Below are positions 1-8,490 of a DNA stretch of 39,264 bases, one piece after another. The DNA is taken from contig CAYTME010000005.1 in NCBI GenBank assembly GCA_964438415.1, positions 19,066-58,329 on the forward strand, in the 5' to 3' direction. Under the pieces are notes generated by a model. It was not told the DNA's origin and searched no databases. It was given only the letters and a program-made list of their open reading frames with translations. The first letter of the stretch is position 1, and each line of letters begins with the position of its first letter. This stretch comes from an uncultured Pleurocapsa sp. (lineage in GTDB: Bacteria; Chloroflexota; Anaerolineae; Aggregatilineales; Phototrophicaceae). Made by a program: the position numbers and the translations under genes.

Positions 1-484
1 GACCGTCTCCGGCCCCGGCGGCACCAACGCCGCGTCGCAGACCGTGTCCGTCGCCAACCCGGTTCGCGCCGACTTCACCTTCGCCGCTGATCCGGGCAAT
101 CCGCTGACGATCAACTTCTCCAACGCCTCGTCCGGCGACATCACCACCTACGCCTGGGACTTCAACGGCGACGGCGTCACCGACAGCGGCGATGTCAACC
201 CCTCCTTCACCTATCCCGCCGGCGGCAGCTACGTCGTCACCCTGACCGTCTCCGGCCCCGGCGGCACCAACGCCGCGTCGCAGACCGTGTCCGTCGCCTT
301 CCCAGTGACGGCATTCTTCACATGGAGCGCGTCCAGTAGTGACCCACTGACCGTCAACTTCACCAATGGATCAAGCGGCGATAACATCACCGGCTACGCC
401 TGGGACTTCAACGGCGACGGCGTCACCGACAGCGGCGAAATCAACCCGTCCTTCACCTATCCCGCCGGCGGCAGCTACGTCGTC
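1..484 (+). repeat. Near-identical intragenic PKD-coding direct repeats (period 243-246 bp)
   Basis: 1-55 is identical to 244-298. 149-238 and 395-484 differ at about 3 positions. Confidence 0.9.
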
Positions 485-1885
485 TCACTGACGACCAGCA
501 GTGCCACAAGCCCAGCAAACACGTACAGCGAGACGATCACTGTACAGACTCCGGTGCAGCCCGCGCAGGCCCTGTTCACGCCTATGGTGCTCGACCCGGT
601 CAACGATCCGCTCACCGTCCAGTTCACCAACGACTCGACAGGTGACATCACCGGCTACTTATGGGACTTCGGTGACGGCAGCCAAAGCGGTGATTTTGCG
701 CCGACGCATACCTATGCGCAGGGCGGCACCTATCCGGTCACGCTGATCGTCTTTGGGGCGGACGGTGTGAACGCAAATTACAGTTTGAACGTCACTGTGC
801 AATCGCCGGTTCAGCCGCCAAGCGCTTATTTCACTTGGCAAGCAGATGCCGGCGACCCGCTGTCTGTGCAGTTCACTGACGAGTCCACAGGTGACTTCAA
901 TCTCTACCTATGGGACTTCGGCGACAGCAGTCAGAGCAGCGAGGCCGATCCGTTCCACACATTCGCCAGCGGCGGTGATTACACCGTGACGCTGACCGTC
1001 ACCAACTCAGATAATGGTCAGAGTGACACTTACAGTGAGACGGTCACAGTCACAGTCGCGCAGACAGAGCCAAGCACCCTGACTATCGTCGACTCCACAC
1101 CTATCCAGCCGGACGTCACATCGCAGGCACTCGCGCCCACGATCGGCAATATCGTCAATTTCGCTGTCCAATCGGGCAATCAGATGTACGTATTCGGCTT
1201 CGCAGGCGATGACATTGTCGCTGCCAGCAGCCAGGTGCTCGATCCGTTTGCGCCTGGCAGCTTCGCGAGCGTGACCGATCCCGATCTTCAAACGACCATC
1301 GATGCCTTCAACAGCACCGATCTAGGCGGTGTGACGGCCTTCAATTGGGGCAGCGCAGCCGTACGCAGCGGTGCCACAGCGGCGCAGCTCCTCGATCCCA
1401 ATTTCGCCGATGCCAGCGTCTGCCCGCCGGGACAAAGCCCGATCGACTGTGAGCTGAGCAGGCTGCGTCCAAGCATCTTCTTCATCAATGTCGGCTACTT
1501 CGATGCTCTCTACGGCACGGATGTCAATGCATTCCGCGGCCAGCTCCAGCAGATTGTGGACAGTGTGCGTATCGCCAATGCGCTCCCTGTGCTGGTGACC
1601 ATTGCGCCGCGCACGGATGGGGCGATCTCGGCAGCGCAGATTCAGGCGATCAACGAGCAGATCATCGATGTGGCCAATGTCAACAATCTGCCCCTGCTCA
1701 ATCTATGGCGGCTGTTGAATGAACTGCCCTCCAGCGGTCTTGGCGCAGACGGTGTCAATCTGAGCGTCTCACCGACGGGCGCAGGCGATCTCAGTGAGGG
1801 CGCGACCTCGAATTACGGTGCAAATGCCGTCAATGAGGCACTCCTGATGCTGCTGAATGATCTGCGCGTCCGCTATCTGCCCTGA
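2..1885 (+). CDS. Multi-PKD-domain surface protein with C-terminal SGNH/GDSL-like domain (5'-truncated)
   Basis: Frame is open from base 2. Four complete PKD repeats (Y.WDF.GDG...H/FTY..GG.Y.V.L.V) are followed by an SGNH-like region (FAGDD, NVGYFD, NLW, DGVNLS). Confidence 0.85.
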   Translation, partial: TVSGPGGTNAASQTVSVANPVRADFTFAADPGNPLTINFSNASSGDITTYAWDFNGDGVTDSGDVNPSFTYPAGGSYVVTLTVSGPGGTNAASQTVSVAFPVTAFFTWSASSSDPLTVNFTNGSSGDNITGYAWDFNGDGVTDSGEINPSFTYPAGGSYVVSLTTSSATSPANTYSETITVQTPVQPAQALFTPMVLDPVNDPLTVQFTNDSTGDITGYLWDFGDGSQSGDFAPTHTYAQGGTYPVTLIVFGADGVNANYSLNVTVQSPVQPPSAYFTWQADAGDPLSVQFTDESTGDFNLYLWDFGDSSQSSEADPFHTFASGGDYTVTLTVTNSDNGQSDTYSETVTVTVAQTEPSTLTIVDSTPIQPDVTSQALAPTIGNIVNFAVQSGNQMYVFGFAGDDIVAASSQVLDPFAPGSFASVTDPDLQTTIDAFNSTDLGGVTAFNWGSAAVRSGATAAQLLDPNFADASVCPPGQSPIDCELSRLRPSIFFINVGYFDALYGTDVNAFRGQLQQIVDSVRIANALPVLVTIAPRTDGAISAAQIQAINEQIIDVANVNNLPLLNLWRLLNELPSSGLGADGVNLSVSPTGAGDLSEGATSNYGANAVNEALLMLLNDLRVRYLP

Positions 1886-1897
1886 ATTCCATGCAGC

Positions 1898-1930
1898 GGA
1901 TGCCGGTACTCTGCTTGAGTGCCGGCATCC
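1898..1930 (+). terminator. Hairpin after PKD-SGNH gene
   Basis: GGATGCCGGTACTC-TGCTT-GAGTGCCGGCATCC: 14-bp stem with one G:U, 12 nt after the stop, no U-tract. Confidence 0.6.
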
Positions 1931-2019
1931 TGATTCATGGGTAACTTTGCGCTGATGAGCAGTTCATGGTTCAATTCAGCGGTCTGTTCAAATTCAACAC
2001 AGATTTGTCAATCGATCTT

Positions 2020-3618
2020 ATGCGTCATTCGATCCGGCTCCAACTCTCACGGCTGATCATGCTCACCCTACTGCTCGCGAGCACAGCGTGCACGACGGTG
2101 GCGGAAGAACCACGCATCGTCGTCTCGCTCGTGGTCGATGGCCGCGAATTGGCCTATAATTACACGATCCCTATCACAGTCGGCGAGTTCCTGCGCGACG
2201 CCAATATCACACTCGGCCCGATCGATGACGTGAATCCGCCAGCATTTACACAGATCACGGATGGTATGCGCGTCACAGTCGTCCGAGTGCAGGAACAAAC
2301 TGAGTGCGAGAACATCGATGTCCCCTACCGCCGCCAGACCGTCCCATACGAAGGTTTGGCCGTTGGTGAGGAACGGCTCGGTCAAGCGGGTGCCAGCGGC
2401 GTGACCCAAGTCTGCTATCGCATTCGGATCCGCGACGGCACGCCAAGCGAGCGGCAGGAGACCAGCCGAATCGTGGTTTCTGCACCAGTCGATGAGATCG
2501 TTTTCGTCGGCCCCGCCGGAGAACTCGATCCCGTCAGCATCCCCGGCACGCTGGCCTATCTCAACAACAACAACGTCTGGATCATGCGCGGCAGCAGCAC
2601 AACCCGACGCAATCTGACGACGGCTGGCGGCATCGACGGTCGTGTCCTCAGCCTCTCCGCCGATGGGCGACGGTTGATCTTCTCGCGCAGTGATCCATCA
2701 GTACCTGGATTCAACAATCGCCTGTATTTGATCTCGGACACCGACACCAACGCCGAGCCAATACCGTTGCAACCGATCAATGTGCTCTACGCCGAGTGGG
2801 CACCCGGCCGCGAAAATACCATCGCGTACTCGACCGCTGAACCGCGCGATGCACCGCCCGGTTGGCAGGCCTACAACGACTTATGGCTCATGCGCATCGA
2901 CCCAGTCAGCGGAGCAAGCCTGAGCGTTGAGCGCGTGCTCGAAAGCAGCAGCGGAGGCTTTGCGGGCTGGTGGGGAACGGGTTTCTCCTGGTCACCCGAC
3001 GGTACACGTCTGGCTTATGCTCGCGCCAACGAAGTAGGTCTCGTCGATTTGAGCACGGGAACGTTCGCACCGCTCGTGCAGTACACCCCGTTCAATACGC
3101 CGCAGTCGTGGTCATGGCGAGCCAATATCTCATGGTCATCTGATCAACAACTCATCCTGACGACTGTGCATGGCAGCCCGATCGGCGGTGAACCACCAGA
3201 GAGCAGCCCGGCCTTTCATGTCGCGGTCACCGATGTGGGTAGGACGTTCGTCGCAGAGATCGCTCGCAATGCGGGCATCTGGTCGAATCCTAAATACTCC
3301 CCCACGCGCACCGATGCTGACGGTCGGATCAGCGGCTACATCGCCTATTTCCGCGCGCGCAGTATCAACAACAGCATCAGCGAAAGCGCTGCCTACGATC
3401 TCATCGTGGCCGATCGCGACGGCAGCAACGCGCGTGTCCTCTACCCGCCCACACCAGCGCAGCCCGGTATTACGGCGCGGGAGTTCGCCTGGAGTCCTGA
3501 CGGAAACTCAATTGCGTTTGTTTATCAGGGCAGCCTGTGGGTTGTCGATGTCGAGAGCGGCATCGCCAACCAAATCACGCTCGACAGCGGCGCAGCCGTC
3601 CCAGTTTGGACGCGATGA
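2020..3618 (+). CDS. Exported (probable lipo)protein with DUF348/G5 domains and a TolB-like beta-propeller
   Basis: Signal ends in LLLASTAC. RpfB-like segment TVGEFLRDANITLGPIDDVNP...ITDGMRVTVVRV, G5-like Q.G..G...PVDEIVFVG, repeated WSPDG motifs. ATG 2020 preferred over 1966. Confidence 0.75.
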   Translation: MRHSIRLQLSRLIMLTLLLASTACTTVAEEPRIVVSLVVDGRELAYNYTIPITVGEFLRDANITLGPIDDVNPPAFTQITDGMRVTVVRVQEQTECENIDVPYRRQTVPYEGLAVGEERLGQAGASGVTQVCYRIRIRDGTPSERQETSRIVVSAPVDEIVFVGPAGELDPVSIPGTLAYLNNNNVWIMRGSSTTRRNLTTAGGIDGRVLSLSADGRRLIFSRSDPSVPGFNNRLYLISDTDTNAEPIPLQPINVLYAEWAPGRENTIAYSTAEPRDAPPGWQAYNDLWLMRIDPVSGASLSVERVLESSSGGFAGWWGTGFSWSPDGTRLAYARANEVGLVDLSTGTFAPLVQYTPFNTPQSWSWRANISWSSDQQLILTTVHGSPIGGEPPESSPAFHVAVTDVGRTFVAEIARNAGIWSNPKYSPTRTDADGRISGYIAYFRARSINNSISESAAYDLIVADRDGSNARVLYPPTPAQPGITAREFAWSPDGNSIAFVYQGSLWVVDVESGIANQITLDSGAAVPVWTR

Positions 3619-6600
3619 GACGCGAGTGGCTGATCCTTTTTGTGGCTTTTGCCATTGCATTTGGCGGCTGCGCAGCCGCTGTCGGCACTTCTATCGAGCG
3701 CGATGTCGAGCTGCTCGGCGTTGTGAATGCAGCGGCGAATGCGGATCTACCTTTCTGGATGCCGCGTCTAGGTGTCAATGCTGATCTGAGCCGCTATCTG
3801 CAGAATGACCCGGAACCGCTGGCCGCTGAGCTTGCACGCATGGAAGCGGCTGGCATCACGTGGGTGCGCACGTTTGTTGATTGGCGGCTGATCGAAGCAC
3901 AGCCGGGTGTATTCGATTGGCATCTTCAGGATCAGATCGCCGCTGCCATCGCCGAACGCCCCACACTGCGCTGGCTGCCCGTGCTGATCGGAGCGCCAGA
4001 ATGGGCACGCCTGACACAGGAACAATACAGCACGACTGCCGACCCAGCGGCACTTGCGACCTTCGCCAGTGCCTTCGCACGGCGCTACGGGGCGATCGTC
4101 GATCATTATCAAATCGGAGATGAGCCCAATCTATTCGACGCCTGGGGTGGTGAACCGCGCCCAGCCGCCTACGCGGCTCAACTTCAGGCCGCCTACCACG
4201 CCATCCATCAGACCGACGCACAGGCACATGTGATCGCCGCCGCGCTTGCGCCGACTGCCGAAACCGGTCCGCGCAACATCAGCGACCTGCTCTACTTAGA
4301 CGATCTCTACCGCATCGGGCTGGCCGAATTCAGCGATGGGATAGCCGCGAAGCCTTACGGCTTCACCTACCCGCCGGACGACCGCACGTTTGACCCAAGC
4401 AATCCGTCAGAACTCAAGTTTGCGCGCGCCGCCGCTCTGCGAGAGATCATGCTGCGGCACGGGGATGAGCGCACGCCGCTCTGGGGCAGCAGTTTCGGTT
4501 GGAACCATCTGCCCGCTGGCTGGACTGGCCGAGCGTCAATCTGGGGACAGGTCAGTGTGGAAGACCAGCAGGCATATACATTAGAGGCTCTGCGGATTGC
4601 TGAGCTGGAATGGCCCTGGCTGGGCGGCCTTATCCTGGAGAATTGGCAGCCACCCCAGTCCGCCGACGAAACGGATCCACGCTGGGGCTTCGCGCTGATC
4701 GAACCTGACGGTACGCCTAGCGATCTCTACAATGCGCTGACGGCACGGGACATCAGCCGTGGAGCGCCGCCCGGCCTGCATTTCCCGGCCAGCTCTTTCG
4801 CCGCTTACAGCGGTGTGTGGACATTTGGCGAGCTGGGCGCAGACCTGGGTTGGGTCGGAGACAGTGAAGTCATTTTCACATTCACGGGCACAGAAATCAG
4901 CCTGCTGCTGCGCGAGGACGATTACGTCGCATACCTTTATCCAGTTATCGACGGTCAGCCCGCCAACGCGCTGCCGCGTGATGCCAACGGACGGGCTTAC
5001 ATCGTACTCACTAGTGACAGCCGTGAGCCAAAGCTGACACTTGTCCCCATCGCTCGCGACCTGTCACCAGGTACACATACGCTGCATTTAACTGCTGATC
5101 GCGGTTGGGATCGCTGGGCGTTGGCGGGCTTCGCCGTCGGCCAAGGCGACCTGGCCGAACCCTACCATCGGCAGATCGCGCTGGCATGTCTGACCGCAGG
5201 CGTCGCTCTCGCTGCGGCGGTCGTGACCGCAGCTCAGCTTGATTGGTCGCACGCGGCCTGTCGCCTAGACGGACTCGGCCAGAGATTGAGCACCGCAGGC
5301 CAGATCTTGTTGGGTGCAGCGGCCTCGCTCGTCCTCATGATCGGGATGCTGCTCACGTGGACGGACGCGGCCCCAAATCTATTCCGGCGTGAACCGATTC
5401 AGCTCCTGCTCGCAATCTTGACTGCCGGGCTGCTCTACATCAACCCGACACTGATCGTGAGTTTGCTGGCGGCGGCTGTCCTGTTCTTGATCTTCTTCCA
5501 GCGTTCGCTTCTCGGTTTGGCGCTGACACTTTTCTTTGCGCCTTTCTTTCTGTTCCCGGTGGAACTGTATCGCTTTGCCTTCCCGATGAGCGAGCTTCTG
5601 CTGCTGCTCACTGCTGGCGCTTGGGCGATGCGCACGGGCATCGCATGGGCGCGCCGCTTCCGCGCACGAGATTACGGAGGCGAACAAGTTCACATCTGGA
5701 CAGCGACCGGTCTCGACGCTGCCGTCATCGGTTATATCGTGCTCGGTGTGCTCGCGTTCTTCGGATCGGCCTATCAGACGCCCGCGTGGACAGAACTGCG
5801 CACCATCTTCCTAGAGCCGGCGCTCTTCTATCTTGTCCTGCGCACCAGCCGCCCTCGGCGTGAAGATTTGGTCATGCTCGTCGATGCCCTGCTCGCATCG
5901 GGTACCGCTGTAGCGATCATCGGGTTGGTGCTGTACGTCGGCGGACAAGGAGTCATCACCGCTGAGGAGGGCGCACGCCGTCTGGCCAGCGTCTACGGCT
6001 CTCCCAACAACGTCGGTTTGTGGATGGGGCGCTGTCTTCCGTTCGCGCTTGCGCTCACGCTCGTCAGCGTCGATACGCGCCGCCGCATCGCCGCTGCTGT
6101 GATCTGCGTCATCATGCTCGCTGCGACCGCGTTGACACAGAGTGCGGGGGCGCTCTTCCTTGGCCTACCCGCTGGTGTCGCGGTCGTGATTCTGATCCTA
6201 TTTGGACGACGCGCACTGCTGCCGCTAACGGCGCTCATCGGACTGGCCGTCTTGGCAGTGCCAATCCTCGCGCAGTCACCCCGGTTTGCGCGCCTGCTCG
6301 ACCCCACTGACGGCACAAATTTTATCCGCTTGCGCGTTTGGCAGAGTGCCCTTAGCGCCATCCAAGATCGACCGCTCACGGGCCTGGGTCTGGATCAGTT
6401 CTTGTACTTCTACCGCGGCCGATACATTCGCCCAGATGCCTGGCTCGAACCTGACCTGTCTCACCCGCACAACATCGTGCTCGACTTCTGGCTGCGGCTG
6501 GGGATTTTCGGGGTGCTCCTGATCGCTTGGAGCACAGCAGCGTTCTATCGTGCACTTCTGCCTGCCATCCGCGCGCTGCGTGCACACGACGCACTGTTGA

Positions 6601-6755
6601 CTGCGGTGGCGGTCGGTGCGGCGGGCAGTATGGCCAACCTGCTCACGCATGGCATGGTCGATAACAGCGTCTTCGTCAACGATCTCGCCTACGTCTTCAT
6701 CCTTCTGTTGGGCATGGCCGCCGCGCTCAAAGTGCTGGCAGCAGCAGACAGTTAA
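3615..6755 (+). CDS. Fusion: clan GH-A (GH39/GH5-like) barrel + beta-sandwich + O-antigen ligase/Wzy_C membrane domain
   Basis: ATG 3615 overlaps the upstream TGA (ATGA). WVRTFVDW..IE..PG.FDW and YQIGDEPN, then many TM helices with RLASVYGSPNN, RLRVW...RPLTGLG and HPHN motifs. Confidence 0.85.
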   Translation: MRREWLILFVAFAIAFGGCAAAVGTSIERDVELLGVVNAAANADLPFWMPRLGVNADLSRYLQNDPEPLAAELARMEAAGITWVRTFVDWRLIEAQPGVFDWHLQDQIAAAIAERPTLRWLPVLIGAPEWARLTQEQYSTTADPAALATFASAFARRYGAIVDHYQIGDEPNLFDAWGGEPRPAAYAAQLQAAYHAIHQTDAQAHVIAAALAPTAETGPRNISDLLYLDDLYRIGLAEFSDGIAAKPYGFTYPPDDRTFDPSNPSELKFARAAALREIMLRHGDERTPLWGSSFGWNHLPAGWTGRASIWGQVSVEDQQAYTLEALRIAELEWPWLGGLILENWQPPQSADETDPRWGFALIEPDGTPSDLYNALTARDISRGAPPGLHFPASSFAAYSGVWTFGELGADLGWVGDSEVIFTFTGTEISLLLREDDYVAYLYPVIDGQPANALPRDANGRAYIVLTSDSREPKLTLVPIARDLSPGTHTLHLTADRGWDRWALAGFAVGQGDLAEPYHRQIALACLTAGVALAAAVVTAAQLDWSHAACRLDGLGQRLSTAGQILLGAAASLVLMIGMLLTWTDAAPNLFRREPIQLLLAILTAGLLYINPTLIVSLLAAAVLFLIFFQRSLLGLALTLFFAPFFLFPVELYRFAFPMSELLLLLTAGAWAMRTGIAWARRFRARDYGGEQVHIWTATGLDAAVIGYIVLGVLAFFGSAYQTPAWTELRTIFLEPALFYLVLRTSRPRREDLVMLVDALLASGTAVAIIGLVLYVGGQGVITAEEGARRLASVYGSPNNVGLWMGRCLPFALALTLVSVDTRRRIAAAVICVIMLAATALTQSAGALFLGLPAGVAVVILILFGRRALLPLTALIGLAVLAVPILAQSPRFARLLDPTDGTNFIRLRVWQSALSAIQDRPLTGLGLDQFLYFYRGRYIRPDAWLEPDLSHPHNIVLDFWLRLGIFGVLLIAWSTAAFYRALLPAIRALRAHDALLTAVAVGAAGSMANLLTHGMVDNSVFVNDLAYVFILLLGMAAALKVLAAADS

Positions 6756-6773
6756 TAACTTTATCAGATCATA

Positions 6774-6787
6774 AGAACATATGCTCT
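6774..6787. promoter_or_regulatory. Putative LexA (SOS/Cheo) box
   Basis: AGAACATATGCTCT has one mismatch to AGAAC-N4-GTTCT and sits directly before a TTGACG -35-like hexamer (6789-6794). Confidence 0.55.
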
Positions 6788-6788
6788 A

Positions 6789-6818
6789 TTGACGTGACGT
6801 TGTGATCTGTAGTGTAAT
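6789..6818 (+). promoter_or_regulatory. Sigma70-type promoter of macrodomain gene
   Basis: TTGACG-N18-TGTAAT in an AT-rich intergenic gap. Confidence 0.45.
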
Positions 6819-6847
6819 TTAAGGAATCGCAGACGGGATGTGTCGGT

Positions 6848-7402
6848 ATGAAAACGAAGATTAACAAAGTCACCCTACAGATCCTCGTCGCCGACCTGTG
6901 GTCGCTGCCAGTAGATGCCGTTGTGCATGCCACTGACACCGATCTCACGCTCGAACCTGGACTGCGCAGCCGCGTCGGTAGCCAGATCATCTGGGAGCTT
7001 GATTACATCGGGTACTGCCCAGTCGGTGAGGCGGTGATGACCAGCGCAGGCGATCTTCCTTTTGCTCGGCTTATCCATGCCGTCGGTCCACGCTGGGGCG
7101 AGGGCAGTGAACGCGGCAAACTCGCCAGCGTCACCTTCGAGTGTCTGCGCCTGACCGAAGAAGCGGGACTGAAATCTCTGGCGCTGCCCGCGATCAGCAC
7201 AGGTGCCCTCGGCTATCCGCTGGAAAACTGCGCGACGACGATGCTCACGACCATCATCGACTACACTTTTGAAGACCTCAAACACCTGCGTCGCGTTGTC
7301 TTGTGTCTGAATGACGACCACGCGCTGGATATATTTCGCGGTGAATTGACGCGCCAGTTGGCTGAAGTCCAGCCCGGAGACGACGCCAACGCCAGAGTCT
7401 GA
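6848..7402 (+). CDS. Macro-domain (MacroD/YmdB-like) protein with divergent first loop
   Basis: VDAVVHA, GEAV.T.AG.L....IHAVGP.W and SLALPAISTG..GYP motifs. Confidence 0.9.
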   Translation: MKTKINKVTLQILVADLWSLPVDAVVHATDTDLTLEPGLRSRVGSQIIWELDYIGYCPVGEAVMTSAGDLPFARLIHAVGPRWGEGSERGKLASVTFECLRLTEEAGLKSLALPAISTGALGYPLENCATTMLTTIIDYTFEDLKHLRRVVLCLNDDHALDIFRGELTRQLAEVQPGDDANARV

Positions 7403-7437
7403 CAGCTGGCTCATCGCTCGAACGCATCGCAATTCAA

Positions 7438-7466
7438 TTCATACCCTGCGCTGGACATGGTACACT
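7438..7466 (+). promoter_or_regulatory. Sigma70-type promoter for the uxs-ligase-gtrA-GT4 operon
   Basis: TTCATA-N17-TACACT with an extended TGn; GGAGGAG RBS at 7511-7517. Confidence 0.55.
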
Positions 7467-7523
7467 AAAAACACCTATCAGTGTTTGCTCATCATGCGTC
7501 TTTAAAGATGGGAGGAGATCACT

Positions 7524-8474
7524 TTGCGCGTACTCATCACGGGCGGTGCTGGCTTTCTCGGCTCGCATTTAAGCGACCGTCTGCTTGCAGAAGGTCATAC
7601 GGTCGTCGCAATGGATAACCTGATCACCGGCAACACGCGCAATATTGCGCATCTTGCCGGTCATGAGCGGTTTCATTTCATTAAGCATGATGTCAGCAAT
7701 CATATCTTCGTTTCCGGCAGCATCGACGCGGTACTTCATTTCGCATCTCCCGCATCGCCGATCGACTACCTGAAGTATCCCATCCAGACACTCAAGGTCG
7801 GCTCATTGGGAACACACAATGCGCTGGGGTTGGCACTGGCGAAAAATGCGAAATTCCTGCTTGCGTCTACCTCGGAAATTTACGGCGACCCGCTTGAACA
7901 TCCGCAGAAAGAGTCCTACTACGGCAACGTGAACCCCATCGGGCCGCGAGGCTGCTATGATGAGGCCAAGCGTTTCGCCGAAGCGATAACGATGGCGTAT
8001 CATCGCCAGCATGGGCTGGAAACCTACATCGTGCGCATTTTTAACACGTATGGCCCGCGCATGCGCCTTGATGACGGGCGTGTCGTCCCTAATTTCATCG
8101 GTCAGGCGCTGCGCCGTGAGCCGCTGACTGTCTATGGAGACGGCTCACAAACGCGCAGCTTTCAATATGTCGATGACCTGATCGAGGGCATCTACCGACT
8201 GCTGAACACCAGCTTCCATGAACCGGTCAATATCGGCACAACCGAAGAGATGTCGATCGTCGAATTCGCACACGTCGTCAACGAGCTGACCGCCAACCCG
8301 GCTGGCATCGTGTTCCGAGAAGCGGAGCGCATCAAAGACGACCCCCAGACGCGCCGGCCAGACAACACGCGCGCGCGAGAGATTCTAGGTTGGGAACCGA
8401 AGGTACCGCTGCGCGAAGGTCTCGCTCGCACAATCGACTACTTCCGCACTCTTCCTGAACGTACGACCGCATGA
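7524..8474 (+). CDS. uxs: UDP-glucuronic acid decarboxylase (UDP-xylose synthase), extended SDR
   Basis: [41 protein letters not shown]...DGRVV; TTG start with strong RBS. Confidence 0.92.
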   Translation: MRVLITGGAGFLGSHLSDRLLAEGHTVVAMDNLITGNTRNIAHLAGHERFHFIKHDVSNHIFVSGSIDAVLHFASPASPIDYLKYPIQTLKVGSLGTHNALGLALAKNAKFLLASTSEIYGDPLEHPQKESYYGNVNPIGPRGCYDEAKRFAEAITMAYHRQHGLETYIVRIFNTYGPRMRLDDGRVVPNFIGQALRREPLTVYGDGSQTRSFQYVDDLIEGIYRLLNTSFHEPVNIGTTEEMSIVEFAHVVNELTANPAGIVFREAERIKDDPQTRRPDNTRAREILGWEPKVPLREGLARTIDYFRTLPERTTA

Positions 8475-8490
8475 AGTTGACAGACTGCGC

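Noticed and set aside
1-484. CRISPR array or mobile-element repeats
   Set aside because: The repeats are in-frame PKD coding units of about 243 bp, with no spacer pattern or cas genes.
3537-3614. N-terminal extensions in the ORF track (also 9975, 12405, 13871, 26397, 29422, 15895, 22388, 23269, 31715)
   Set aside because: They overlap neighbouring genes or regulatory DNA. Downstream starts fit better with RBS, ATGA coupling or domain boundaries.
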